Origin: Eledone cirrhosa
Lineage: Eukaryota
Direction of reading: 5' to 3'
Assembly: GCA_964016885.1 (NCBI GenBank)
Contig: OZ024758.1
Span: forward strand, 33,480,001 to 33,544,000
DNA length: 64,000 nt
Under the pieces are notes generated by a model. That model was given only the letters and a program-made list of their open reading frames with translations, was not told the DNA's origin and made no database searches. Shown here one piece after another: positions 39,301-54,300 of this stretch. Numbering within the stretch: position 1 is the stretch's first letter; every line of letters begins with the position of its first letter. Both the position numbers and the translations under genes were made by a program.

Positions 39301-42300
39301 AGAAGTAACTCCACTGTTGGTGAGAATTCATTTAAGTTCATGGTACTAGCTGTCAGAAGTAACTCCACTGTTGGTGAGAATTCATTTAAGTTCATGGTAT
39401 TAGTTTGTCAGAAGTAACTCCACTGTTGGTGAGAATTCATTTAAGTCATGGTATTAGTTGTCAGAAGTAACTCCAATGTTGGTGAGAATTCATTTAAGTT
39501 CATGGTATTAGCTGTCAGAAGTAACTCCACTGTTGGTGAGAATTCATTTAAGTTCATGGTATTAGCTGTCAGAAGGAACGCCACTGTTGGTGAGAATTCA
39601 TTTAAGTTCATGGTATTAGCTGTCAGAAGTAACTCCACTGTTGGTGAGAATTCATTTAAGTTCAGTGTACTAGCTGTCAGAAGTAACTCCAATGTTGGTG
39701 AGAATTCATTTAAGTTCATGGTATTAGCTGTCAGAAGGAACTCCACTGTTGGTGGGAATTCATTTAAGTTCATGGTATTAGCTGTCAGAAGTAACTCCAC
39801 TGTTGGTGAGAATTCATTTAAGTCATGGTACTAGCTGTCACAAGTAACTCCACTGTTGGTGAGAATTCATTTAAGTTCATGGTATTAGTTTGTCAGAAGT
39901 AACTCCACTGTTGGTGAGAATTCATTTAAGTCATGGTATTAGTTGTCAGAAGTAACTCCAATGTTGGTGAGAATTCATTTAAGTTCATGGTACTAGCTGT
40001 CAGAAGTAACTCCATTGTTGGTGAGAATTCATTTAAGTTCATGGTACTAGCTGTCAGAAGTAACTCCACTGTTGGTGAGAATTCATTTAAGTTCATGGTA
40101 TTAGTTTGTCAGAAGTAACTCCACTGTTGGTGAGAATTCATTTAAGTCATGGTATTAGTTGTCAGAAGTAACTCCAATGTTGGTGAGAATTCATTTAAGT
40201 TCATGGTATTAGTTTGTCAGAAGTAACTCCACTGTTGGTGAGAATTCATTTAAGTCATGGTATTAGTTGTCAGAAGTAACTCCAATGTTGGTGAGAATTC
40301 ATTTAAGTCATGGTACTAGCTGTCAGAAGTAACTCCAATGTTGGTGAGAATTCATTTAAGTTCATGGTATTAGCTGTCAGAAGTAACTCCACTGTTGGTG
40401 AGAATTCATTTAAGTCATGGTATTAGTTGTCAGAAGTAACTCCACTGTTGGTGAGAATTCATTTAAGTTCATGGTACTAGCTGTCAGAAGTAACTCCACT
40501 GTTGGTGAGAATTCATTTAAGTTCATGGTATTAGTTTGTCAGAAGTAACTCCACTGTTGGTGAGAATTCATTTAAGTCATGGTATTAGTTGTCAGAAGTA
40601 ACTCCAATGTTGGTGAGAATTCATTTAAGTTCATGGTATTAGCCGTCAGAAGGAACTCCACCGTTGGTGAGAATTCATTTAAGTTCATGGTATTAGCTGT
40701 CAGAAGTAACTCAAATGTTGGTGAGAATTCATTTAAGTTCATGGTATTAGCTGTCAGAAGTAACTCCACTGTTGGTGAGAATTCATTTAAGTTCATGGTA
40801 TTAGCTGTCAGAAGTAACTCCACTGTTGGTGAGAATTCATTTAAGTTCATGGTATTAGTTTGTCAGAAGTAACTCCACTGTTGGTGAGAATTCATTTAAG
40901 TCATGGTATTAGTTGTCAGAAGTAACTCCAATGTTGGTGAGAATTCATTCAAGTTCATGGTACTAGCTGTCAGAAGTAACTCCACTGTTGGTGAGAATTC
41001 ATTTAAGTTCATGGTATTAGCTGTCAGAAGTAACTCCACTGTTGGTGAGAATTCATTTAAGTCATGGTATTAGCTGTCAGAAGTAACTCCATTGTTGGTG
41101 AGAATTCATTTAAGTCATGGTACTAGCTATCAGAAGTAACTCCACTGTTGGTGAGAATTCATTTAAGTTCATAGTACTAGCTGTCAGAAGTAACTCCACT
41201 GTTGGTGAGAATTCATTTAAGTTCATGGTACTAGCTGTCAGAAGTAACTCCACTGTTTGTGAGAATTCATTTAAGTTCATGGTACTAGCTGTCATAAGTA
41301 ACTCCACTGTTGGTGAGAATTCATTTAAGTTCATGGTATTAGCTGTCAGAAGTCACTCCAATGTTGGTGAGAATTCATTTAAGTTCATGGTATTAGCTGT
41401 CAGAAGTCACTCCACTGTTGGTGAGAATTCATTTAAGTTCATGGTACTAGCTGTCAGAAGTAACCCCAATGTTGGTGAGAATTCATTTAAGTTCATGGTA
41501 TTAGCTGTCAGAAGTCACTCCAATGTTGGTGAGAATTCATTTAAGTTCATGGTATTAGCTGTCAGAAGTAACTCCACTGTTGGTGAGAATTCATTTAAGT
41601 TCATGGTATTAGCTGTCAGAAGTAACTCCACTGTTGGTGAGAATTCATTTAAGTTCATGGTATTAGCTGTCAGAAGTAACTCCACTGTTGGTGAGAATTC
41701 ATTTAAGTTCATGGTATTAGCTGTCAGAAGGAACTCCAATGTTGGTGAGAAATCATTTAAGTCATGGTACTAGCTGTCAGAAGTAACTCCACTGTTGGTG
41801 AGAATTCATTTAAGTTCATGGTATTAGCTGTCAGAAGGAACGCCACTGTTGGTGAGAATTCATTTAAGTTCATGGTATTAGCTGTCAGAAGTAACTCCAC
41901 TGTTGGTGAGAATTCATTTAAGTTCATGGTACTAGCTGTCAGAAGTAACTCCAATGTTGGTGAGAATTCATTTAAGTCATGATATTAGCTGTCAGAAGTA
42001 ACTCCATTGTTGGTGAGAATTCATTTAAGTCATGGCACTAGCTGTCAGAAGTAACTCCACTGTTGGTGAGAATTCATTTAAGTTCATGGTATTAGCTGTC
42101 AGAAGGAACTCCACTGTTGGTGAGAATTCATTTAAGTTCATGGTATTAGTTTGTCAGAAGTAACTCCACTGTTGGTGAGAATTCATTTAAGTCATGGTAC
42201 TAGCTGTCAGAAGTAACTCCAATGTTGGTGAGAATTCATTTAAGTTCATGGTATTAGCTGTCAGAAGGAACTCCACTGTTGGTGAGAATTCATTTAAGTT

Positions 42301-45300
42301 CATGGTATTAGCTGTCAGAAGTAACTCCACTGTTGGTGAGAATTCATTTAAGTTCATGGTACTAGCTGTCAGAAGTAACTCCACTGTTGGTGAGAATTCA
42401 TTTAAGTCATGGTATTAGCTGTCAGAAGTAACTCCAATGTTGGTGAGAATTCATTTAAGTTCATGGTATTAGCTGTCAGAAGTAACTCCACTGTTGGTGA
42501 GAATTCATTTAAGTTCATGGTATTAGCTGTCAGAAGTAACTCCACTGTTGGTGAGAATTCATTTAAGTTCATGTTACTAGCTGTCAGAAGTAACTCCACT
42601 GTTGGTGAGAATTCATTTAAGTTCATGGTATTAGCTGTCAGAAGTAACTCCAATGTTGGTGAGAATTCATTTAAGTTCATGGTATTAGCTGTCAGAAGTA
42701 ACTCCACTGTTGGTGAGAATTCATTTAAGTTCATGGTATTAGCTGTCAGAAGTAACTCCACTGTTGGTGAGAATTCATTTAAGTTCATGGTACTAGCTGT
42801 CAGAAGTAACTCCACTGTTGGTGAGAATTCATTTAAGTTCATGGTAATAGTTTGTCAGAAGTAACTCCACTGTTGGTGAGAATTCATTTAAGTCATGGTA
42901 TTAGTTGTCAGAAGTAACTCCAATGTTGGTGAGAATTCATTTAAGTTCATGGTACTAGCTGTCAGAAGTAACTCCACTGTTGGTGAGAATTCATTTAAGT
43001 TCATGGTATTAGCTGTCAGAAGTAACTCCACTGTTGGTGAGAATTCATTTAAGTCATGGTATTAGCTGTCAGAAGTAACTCCATTGTTGGTGAGATTTCA
43101 TTTAAGTCATGGTACTAGCTGTCAGAAGTAACTCCACTGTTGGTGAGAATTCATTTAAGTTCATGGTACTAGCTGTCAGAAGTAACTCCACTGTTGGTGA
43201 GAATTCATTTAAGTTCATGGTATTAGCTGTCAGAAGTAACTCCACTGTTGGTGAGAATTCATTTAAGTTCATGGTACTAGCTGTCAGAAGTAACTCCACT
43301 GTTGGTGAGAATTCATTTAAGTTCATGGTACTAGCTGTCAGAAGTAACTCCAATGTTGGTGAGAATTCATTTAAGTTCATGGTATTAGCTGTCAGAAGTA
43401 ACTCCACTGTTGGTGAGAATTCATTTAAGTTCATGGTACTAGCTGTCAGAAGTAACTCCACCGTTGGTGAGAATTCATTTAAGTTCATGGTATTAGCTGT
43501 CAGAAGTCACTCCAATGTTGGTGAGAATTCATTTAAGTTCATGGTATTAGCTGTCAGAAGTCACTCCACTGTTGGTGAGAATTCATTTAAGTTCATGGTA
43601 TTAGCTGTCAGAAGTCACTCCAATGTTGGTGAGAATTCATTTAAGTTCATGGTATTAGCTGTCAGAAGTCACTCCACTGTTGGTGAGAATTCATTTAAGT
43701 TCATGGTACTAGCTGTCAGAAGTAACCCCAATGTTGGTGAGAATTCATTTAAGTTCATGGTATTAGCTGTCAGAAGTCACTCCAATGTTGGTGAGAATTC
43801 ATTTAAGTTCATGGTATTAGCTGTCAGAAGTAACTCCACTGTTGGTGAGAATTCATTTAAGTTCATTGTATTAGCTGTCAGAAGTAACTCCACTGTTGGT
43901 GAGAATTCATTTAAGTTCATGGTATTAGCTGTCAGAAGGAACTCCACTGTTGGTGAGAATTCATTTAAGTTCATGGTACTAGCTGTCAGAAGTAACTCCA
44001 CTGTTGGTGAGAATTCATTTAAGTTCATGGTATTAGTTTGTCAGAAGTAACTCCACTGTTGGTGAGAATTCATTTAAGTCATGGTATTAGTTGTCAGAAG
44101 TAACTCCAATGTTGGTGAGAATTCATTTAAGTCATGGTACTAGCTGTCAGAAGTAACTCCAATGTTGGTGAGAATTCATTTAAGTTCATGGTATTAGCTG
44201 TCAGAAGGAACTCCACTGTTGGTGAGAATTCATTTAAGTTCATGGTATTAGCTGTCAGAAGTAACTCCACTGTTGGTGAGAATTCATTTAAGTTCATGGT
44301 ATTAGCTGTCAGAAGTAACTCCACTGTTGGTGAGAATTCATTTAAGTCATGGTATTAGCCATCAGAAGTAACTCCATTGTTGGTGAGAATTCATTTAAGT
44401 CATGGTACTAGCTGTCACAAGTAACTCCACTGTTGGTGAGAATTCATTTAAGTTCATGGTATTAGTTTGTCAGAAGTAACTCCACTGTTGGTGAGAATTC
44501 ATTTAAGTCATGGTACTAGTTGTCAGAAGTAACTCCAATGTTGGTGAGAATTCATTTAAGTTCATGGTACTAGCTGTCAGAAGTAACTCCATTGTTGGTG
44601 AGAATTCATTTAAGTTCATGGTACTAGCTGTCAGAAGTAACTCCACTGTTGGTGAGAATTCATTTAAGTTCATGGTATTAGTTTGTCAGAAGTAACTCCA
44701 CTGTTGGTGAGAATTCATTTAAGTCATGGTATTAGTTGTCAGAAGTAACTCCAATGTTGGTGAGAATTCATTTAAGTCATGGTACTAGCTGTCAGAAGTA
44801 ACTCCAATGTTGGTGAGAATTCATTTAAGTTCATGGTATTAGCTGTCAGAAGGAACTCCACTGTTGGTGAGAATTCATTTAAGTTCATGGTATTAGCTGT
44901 CAGAAGTAACTCCACTGTTGGTGAGAATTCATTTAAGTTCATGGTACTAGCTGTCAGAAGTAACTCCAATGTTGGTGAGAATTCATTTAAGTTCATGGTA
45001 TTAGCTGTCAGAAGTAACTCCACTGTTGGTGAGAATTCATTTAAGTCATGGTATTAGTTGTCAGAAGTAACTCCACTGTTGGTGAGAATTCATTTAAGTT
45101 CATGGTACTAGCTGTCAGAAGTAACTCCACTGTTGGTGAGAATTCATTTAAGTTCATGGTATTAGTTTGTCAGAAGTAACTCCACTGTTGGTGAGAATTC
45201 ATTTAAGTCATGGTACTAGCTGTCAGAAGTAACCCCAATGTTGGTGAGAATTCATTTAAGTTCATGGTATTAGCTGTCAGAAGTCACTCCAATGTTGGTG

Positions 45301-48300
45301 AGAATTCATTTAAGTTCATGGTATTAGCTGTCAGAAGTAACTCCACTGTTGGTGAGAATTCATTTAAGTTCATGGTATTAGCTGTCAGAAGTAACTCCAC
45401 TGTTGGTGAGAATTCATTTAAGTTCATGGTATTAGCTGTCAGAAGTAACTCCACTGTTGGTGAGAATTCATATAAGTTCATGGTATTAGCTGTCAGAAGG
45501 AACTCCAATGTTGGTGAGAAATCATTTAAGTCATGGTACTAGCTGTCAGAAGTAACTCCACTGTTGGTGAGAATTCATTTAAGTTCATGGTATTAGCTGT
45601 CAGAAGGAACGCCACTGTTGGTGAGAATTCATTTAAGTTCATGGTATTAGCTGTCAGAAGTAACTCCACTGTTGGTGAGAATTCATTTAAGTTCATGGTA
45701 CTAGCTGTCAGAAGTAACTCCAATGTTGGTGAGAATTCATTTAAGTCATGATATTAGCTGTCAGAAGTAACTCCATTGTTGGTGAGAATTCATTTAAGTC
45801 ATGGCACTAGCTGTCAGAAGTAACTCCACTGTTGGTGAGAATTCATTTAAGTTCATGGTATTAGCTGTCAGAAGGAACTCCACTGTTGGTGAGAATTCAT
45901 TTAAGTTCATGGTATTAGTTTGTCAGAAGTAACTCCACTGTTGGTGAGAATTCATTTAAGTCATCGTATTAGTTGTCAGAAGTAACTCCAATGTTGGTGA
46001 GAATTCATTTAAGTCCTGGTACAAGCTGTCAGAAGTAACTCCAATGTTGGTGAGAATTCATTTAAGTTCATGGTATTAGCTGTCAGAAGGAACTCCACTG
46101 TTGGTGAGAATTCATTTAAGTTCATGGTATTAGCTGTCAGAAGTAACTCCACTGTTGGTGAGAATTCATTTAAGTTCATGGTACTAGCTGTCAGAAGTAA
46201 CTCCACTGTTGGTGAGAATTCATTTAAGTCATGGTATTAGCTGTCAAATAACTCCAATGTTGGTGAGAATTCATTTAAGTTCATGGTATTAGCTGTCAGA
46301 AGTAACTCCACTGTTGGTGAGAATTCATTTAAGTTCATGGTATTAGCTGTCAGAAGTAACTCCACTGTTGGTGAGAATTCATTTAAGTTCATGTTACTAG
46401 CTGTCAGAAGTAACTCCACTGTTGGTGAGAATTCATTTAAGTTCATGGTATTAGCTGTCAGAAGTAACTCCAATGTTGGTGAGAATTCATTTAAGTTCAT
46501 GGTATTAGCTGTCAGAAGTAACTCCACTGTTGGTGAGAATTCATTTAAGTTCATGGTATTAGCTGTCAGAAGTAACTCCACTGTTGGTGAGAATTCATTT
46601 AAGTTCATGGTACTAGCTGTCAGAAGTAACTCCACTGTTGGTGAGAATTCATTTAAGTTCATGGTAATAGTTTGTCAGAAGTAACTCCACTGTTGGTGAG
46701 AATTCATTTAAGTCATGGTATTAGTTGTCAGAAGTAACTCCAATGTTGGTGAGAATTCATTTAAGTCATGGTACTAGCTGTCAGAAGTAACTCCAATGTT
46801 GGTGAGAATTCATTTAAGTTCATGGTATTAGCTGTCAGAAGGAACTCCACTGTTGGTGAGAATTCATTTAAGTTCATGGTATTAGCTGTCAGAAGTAACT
46901 CCACTGTTGGTGAGAATTCATTTAAGTTCATGGTATTAGCTGTCAGAAGTAACTCCACTGTTGGTGAGAATTCATTTAAGTCATGGTATTAGCCATCAGA
47001 AGTAACTCCATTGTTGGTGAGAATTCATTTAAGTCATGGTACTAGCTGTCACAAGTAACTCCACTGTTGGTGAGAATTCATTTAAGTTCATGGTATTAGT
47101 TTGTCAGAAGTAACTCCACTGTTGGTGAGAATTCATTTAAGTCATGGTACTAGTTGTCAGAAGTAACTCCAATGTTGGTGAGAATTCATTTAAGTTCATG
47201 GTACTAGCTGTCAGAAGTAACTCCATTGTTGGTGAGAATTCATTTAAGTTCATGGTACTAGCTGTCAGAAGTAACTCCACTGTTGGTGAGAATTCATTTA
47301 AGTTCATGGTATTAGTTTGTCAGAAGTAACTCCACTGTTGGTGAGAATTCATTTAAGTCATGGTATTAGTTGTCAGAAGTAACTCCAATGTTGGTGAGAA
47401 TTCATTTAAGTCATGGTACTAGCTGTCAGAAGTAACTCCAATGTTGGTGAGAATTCATTTAAGTTCATGGTATTAGCTGTCAGAAGGAACTCCACTGTTG
47501 GTGAGAATTCATTTAAGTTCATGGTATTAGCTGTCAGAAGTAACTCCACTGTTGGTGAGAATTCATTTAAGTTCATGGTACTAGCTGTCAGAAGTAACTC
47601 CAATGTTGGTGAGAATTCATTTAAGTTCATGGTATTAGCTGTCAGAAGTAACTCCACTGTTGGTGAGAATTCATTTAAGTCATGGTATTAGTTGTCAGAA
47701 GTAACTCCACTGTTGGTGAGAATTCATTTAAGTTCATGGTACTAGCTGTCAGAAGTAACTCCACTGTTGGTGAGAATTCATTTAAGTTCATGGTATTAGT
47801 TTGTCAGAAGTAACTCCACTGTTGGTGAGAATTCATTTAAGTCATGGTACTAGCTGTCAGAAGTAACCCCAATGTTGGTGAGAATTCATTTAAGTTCATG
47901 GTATTAGCTGTCAGAAGTCACTCCAATGTTGGTGTGAATTCATTTAAGTTCATGGTATTAGCTGTCAGAAGTAACTCCACTGTTGGTGAGAATTCATTTA
48001 AGTTCATGGTATTAGCTGTCAGAAGTAACTCCACTGTTGGTGAGAATTCATTTAAGTTCATGGTATTAGCTGTCAGAAGTAACTCCACTGTTGGTGAGAA
48101 TTCATTTAAGTTCATGGTATTAGCTGTCAGAAGGAACTCCAATGTTGGTGAGAAATCATTTAAGTCATGGTACTAGCTGTCAGAAGTAACTCCACTGTTG
48201 GTGAGAATTCATTTAAGTTCATGGTATTAGCTGTCAGAAGGAACGCCACTGTTGGTGAGAATTCATTTAAGTTCATGGTATTAGCTGTCAGAAGTAACTC

Positions 48301-51300
48301 CACTGTTGGTGAGAATTCATTTAAGTTCATGGTACTAGCTGTCAGAAGTAACTCCAATGTTGGTGAGAATTCATTTAAGTCATGATATTAGCTGTCAGAA
48401 GTAACTCCATTGTTGGTGAGAATTCATTTAAGTCATGGCACTAGCTGTCAGAAGTAACTCCACTGTTGGTGAGAATTCATTTAAGTTCATGGTATTAGCT
48501 GTCAGAAGGAACTCCACTGTTGGTGAGAATTCATTTAAGTTCATGGTATTAGTTTGTCAGAAGTAACTCCACTGTTGGTGAGAATTCATTTAAGTCATGG
48601 TATTAGTTGTCAGAAGTAACTCCAATGTTGGTGAGAATTCATTTAAGTCCTGGTACAAGCTGTCAGAAGTAACTCCAATGTTGGTGAGAATTCATTTAAG
48701 TTCATGGTATTAGCTGTCAGAAGGAACTCCACTGTTGGTGAGAATTCATTTAAGTTCATGTTACTAGCTGTCAGAAGTAACTCCACTGTTGGTGAGAATT
48801 CATTTAAGTTCATGGTATTAGCTGTCAGAAGTAACTCCAATGTTGGTGAGAATTCATTTAAGTTCATGGTATTAGCTGTCAGAAGTAACTCCACTGTTGG
48901 TGAGAATTCATTTAAGTTCATGGTATTAGCTGTCAGAAGTAACTCCACTGTTGGTGAGAATTCATTTAAGTTCATGGTACTAGCTGTCAGAAGTAACTCC
49001 ACTGTTGGTGAGAATTCATTTAAGTTCATGGTAATAGTTTGTCAGAAGTAACTCCACTGTTGGTGAGAATTCATTTAAGTCATGGTATTAGTTGTCAGAA
49101 GTAACTCCAATGTTGGTGAGAATTCATTTAAGTTCATGGTACTAGCTGTCAGAAGTAACTCCACTGTTGGTGAGAATTCATTTAAGTTCATGGTATTAGC
49201 TGTCAGAAGTAACTCCACTGTTGGTGAGAATTCATTTAAGTCATGGTATTAGCTGTCAGAAGTAACTCCATTGTTGGTGAGATTTCATTTAAGTCATGGT
49301 AGTAGCTGTCAGAAGTAACTCCACTGTTGGTGAGAATTCATTTAAGTTCATGGTACTAGCTGTCAGAAGTAACTCCACTGTTGGTGAGAATTCATTTAAG
49401 TTCATGGTATTAGCTGTCAGAAGTAACTCCACTGTTGGTGAGAATTCATTTAAGTTCATGGTACTAGCTGTCAGAAGTAACTCCACTGTTGGTGAGAATT
49501 CATTTAAGTTCATGGTACTAGCTGTCAGAAGTAACTCCAATGTTGGTGAGAATTCATTTAAGTTCATGGTATTAGCTGTCAGAAGTAACTCCACTGTTGG
49601 TGAGAATTCATTTAAGTTCATGGTATTAGCTGTCAGAAGTCACTCCACTGTTGGTGAGAATTCATTTAAGTTCATGGTACTAGCTTTCAGAAGTAACTCC
49701 ACTGTTGGTGAGAATTCATTTAAGTTCATGGTATTAGCTGTCAGAAGTCACCCCACTGTTGGTGAGAATTCATTTAAGTTCATGGTACTAGCTGTCAGAA
49801 GTAACCCCAATGTTGGTGAGAATTCATTTAAGTTCATGGTATTAGCTGTCAGAAGTCACTCCACTGTTGGTGAGAATTTATTTAAGTTCATGGTATTAGC
49901 TGTCAGAAGTCACTCCAATGTTGGTGAGAATTCATTTAAGTTCATGGTATTAGCTGTCAGAAGTCACTCCACTGTTGGTGAGAATTCATTTAAGTTCATG
50001 GTACTAGCTGTCAGAAGTAACCCCAATGTTGGTGAGAATTCATTTAAGTTCATGGTATTAGCTGTCAGAAGTCACTCCAATGTTGGTGAGAATTCATTTA
50101 AGTTCATGGTATTAGCTGTCAGAAGGAACGCCACTGTTGGTGAGAATTCATTTAAGTTCATGGTATTAGCTGTCAGAAGTAACTCCACTGTTGGTGAGAA
50201 TTCATTTAAGTCATGGTATTAGTTGTCAGAAGTAACTCCAATGTTGGTGAGAATTCATTTAAGTCATGGTACTAGCTGTCAGAAGTAACTCCACTGTTGG
50301 TGAGAATTCATTTAAGTTCATGGTACTAGCTGTCAGAAGTAACTCCAATGTTGGTGAGAATTCATTTAAGTTCATGGTATTAGCTGTCAGAAGGAACTCC
50401 ACTGTTGGTGGGAATTCATTTAAGTTCATGGTATTAGCTGTCAGAAGTAACTCCACTGTTGGTGAGAATTCATTTAAGTCATGGTATTAGCCATCAATAG
50501 TAACTCCATTGTTGGTGAGAATTCATTTAAGTCATGGTACTAGCTGTCACAAGTAACTCCACTGTTGGTGAGAATTCATTTAAGTTCATGGTATTAGTTT
50601 GTCAGAAGTAACTCCACTGTTGGTGAGAATTCATTTAAGTCATGGTATTAGTTGTCAGAAGTAACTCCAATGTTGGTGAGAATTCATTTAAGTTCATGGT
50701 ACTAGCTGTCAGAAGTAACTCCATTGTTGGTGAGAATTCATTTAAGTTCATGGTACTAGCTGTCAGAAGTAACTCCACTGTTGGTGAGAATTCATTTAAG
50801 TTCATGGTATTAGTTTGTCAGAAGTAACTCCACTGTTGGTGAGAATTCATTTAAGTCATGGTATTAGTTGTCAGAAGTAACTCCAATGTTGGTGAGAATT
50901 CATTTAAGTCCTGGTACTAGCTGTCAGAAGTAACTCCAATGTTGGTGAGAATTCATTTAAGTTCATGGTATTAGCTGTCAGAAGGAACTCCACTGTTGGT
51001 GAGAATTCATTTAAGTTCATGGTATTAGCTGTCAGAAGTAACTCCACTGTTGGTGAGAATTCATTTAAGTTCATGGTACTAGCTGTCAGAAGTAACTCCA
51101 ATGTTGGTGAGAATTCATTTAAGTTCATGGTATTAGCTGTCAGAAGTAACTCCACTGTTGGTGAGAATTCATTTAAGTTCATGGTATTAGCTGTCAGAAG
51201 TAACTCCAATGTTGGTGAGAATTCATTTAAGTTCATGGTATTAGCTGTCAGAAGTAACTCCACTGTTGGTGAGAATTCATTTAAGTTCATGGTATTAGCT

Positions 51301-54300
51301 GTCAGAAGTAACTCCACTGTTGGTGAGAATTCATTTAAGTTCATGGTATTAGTTTGTCAGAAGTAACTCCACTGTTGGTGAGAATTCATTTAAGTCATGG
51401 TATTAGTTGTCAGAAGTAACTCCAATGTTGGTGAGAATTCATTTAAGTTCATGGTACTAGCTGTCAGAAGTAACTCCACTGTTGGTGAGAATTCATTTAA
51501 GTTCATGGTATTAGCTGTCAGAAGTAACTCCACTGTTGGTGAGAATTCATTTAAGTCATGGTATTAGCTGTCAGAAGTAACTCCATTGTTGGTGAGAATT
51601 CATTTAAGTCATGGTACTATCTATCAGAAGTAACTCCACTGTTGGTGAGAATTCATTTAAGTTCATAGTACTAGCTGTCAGAAGTAACTCCACTGTTGGT
51701 GAGAATTCATTTAAGTTCATGGTACTAGCTGTCAGAAGTAACTCCACTGTTTGTGAGAATTCATTTAAGTTCATGGTACTAGCTGTCATAAGTAACTCCA
51801 CTGTTGGTGAGAATTCATTTAAGTTCATGGTATTAGCTGTCAGAAGTCACTCCAATGTTGGTGAGAATTCATTTAAGTTCATGGTATTAGCTCTCAGAAG
51901 TCACTCCACTGTTGGTGAGAATTCATTTAAGTTCATGGTACTAGCTGTCAGAAGTAACCCCAATGTTGGTGAGAATTCATTTAAGTTCATGGTATTAGCT
52001 GTCAGAACTCACTCCAATGTTGGTGAGAATTCATTTAAGTTCATGGTATTAGCTGTCAGAAGTAACTCCAATGTTGGTGAGAATTCATTTAAGTTCATGG
52101 TATTAGCTGTCAGAAGGAACTCCACTGTTGGTGAGAATTCATTTAAGTTCATGGTATTAGCTGTCAGAAGTAACTCCACTGTTGGTGAGAATTCATTTAA
52201 GTTCATGGTACTAGCTGTCAGAAGTAACTCCAATGTTGGTGAGAATTCATTTAAGTTCATGGTATTAGCTGTCAGAAGTAACTCCACTGTTGGTGAGAAT
52301 TCATTTAAGTCATGGTATTAGTTGTCAGAAGTAACTCCAATGTTGGTGAGAATTCATTTAAGTTCATGGTACTAGCTGTCAGAAGTAACTCCACTGTTGG
52401 TGAGAATTCATTTAAGTTCATGGTATTAGTTTGTCAGAAGTAACTCCACTGTTGGTGAGAATTCATTTAAGTCATGGTATTAGTTGTCAGAAGTAACTCC
52501 AATGTTGGTGAGAATTCATTTAAGTTCATGGTATTAGCTGTCAGAAGGAACTCCACTGTTGGTGAAAAATTCAATTAAGTTCATGGTATTAGCTGTCAGA
52601 AGGAACTCCAATATTGGTGAGAATTCATTTAAGTCATGGTACTAGCTGTCAGAAGTAACTCCACTGTTGGTGAGAATTCATTTAAGTTCATGGTATTAGC
52701 TGTCAGAAGGAACGCCACTGTTGGTGAGAATTCATTTAAGTTCATGGTATTAGCTGTCAGAAGTAACTCCACTGTTGGTAAGAATTCATTTAAGTTCATG
52801 GTACTAGCTGTCAGAAGTAACTCCAATGTTGGTGAGAATTCATTTAAGTTCATGGTATTAGCTGTCAGAAGGAACTCCACTGTTGGTGAGAATTCATTTA
52901 AGTTCATGGTATTAGCTGTCAGAAGTAACACCACTGTTGGTGCAAATTCATTTAAGTCATGGTATTAGCTGTCAGAAGTAACTCCATTGTTGGTGAGAAT
53001 TCATTTAAGTCATGGTACTAGCTGTCAGAAGTAACTCCACTGTTGGTGAGAATTCATTTAAGTTCATGGTATTAGTTTGTCAGAAGTAACTCCACTGTTG
53101 GTGAGAATTCATTTAAGTCATGGTATTAGTTGTCAGAAGTAACTCCAATGTTGGTGAGAATTCATTTAAGTTCATGGTACTAGCTGTCAGAAGTAACTCC
53201 ATTGTTGGTGAGAATTCATTTAAGTTCATGGTACTAGCTGTCAGAAGTAACTCCACTGTTGGTGAGAATTCATTTAAGTTCATGGTATTAGTTTGTCAGA
53301 AGTAACTCCACTGTTGGTGAGAATTCATTTAAGTCATGGTATTAGTTGTCAGAAGTAACTCCAATGTTGGTGAGAATTCATTTAAGTCCTGGTACTAGCT
53401 GTCAGAAGTAACTCCAATGTTGGTGAGAATTCATTTAAGTTCATGGTATTAGCTGTCAGAAGGAACTCCACTGTTGGTGAGAATTCATTTAAGTTCATGG
53501 TATTAGCTGTCAGAAGTAACTCCACTGTTGGTGAGAATTCATTTAAGTTCATGGTACTAGCTGTCAGAAGTAACTCCAATGTTGGTGAGAATTCATTTAA
53601 GTTCATGGTATTAGCTGTCAGAAGTAACTCCACTGTTGGTGAGAATTCATTTAAGTTCATGGTATTAGCTGTCAGAAGTAACTCCAATGTTGGTGAGAAT
53701 TCATTTAAGTTCATGGTATTAGCTGTCAGAAGTAACTCCACTGTTGGTGAGAATTCATTTAAGTTCATGGTATTAGCTGTCAGAAGTAACTCCACTGTTG
53801 GTGAGTATTCATTTAAGTTCATGGTATTAGTTTGTCAGAAGTAACTCCACTGTTGGTGAGAATTCATTTAAGTCATGGTATTAGTTGTCAGAAGTAACTC
53901 CAATGTTGGTGAGAATTCATTTAAGTTCATGGTACTAGCTGTCAGAAGTAACTCCACTGTTGGTGAGAATTCATTTAAGTTCATGGTATTAGCTGTCAGA
54001 AGTAACTCCACTGTTGGTGAGAATTCATTTAAGTCATGGTATTAGCTGTCAGAAGTAACTCCATTGTTGGTGAGAATTCATTTAAGTCATGGTACTAGCT
54101 ATCAGAAGTAACTCCACTGTTGGTGAGAATTCATTTAAGTTCATAGTACTAGCTGTCAGAAGTAACTCCACTGTTGGTGAGAATTCATTTAAGTTCATGG
54201 TACTAGCTGTCAGAAGTAACTCCACTGTTTGTGAGAATTCATTTAAGTTCATGGTACTAGCTGTCATAAGTAACTCCACTGTTGGTGAGAATTCATTTAA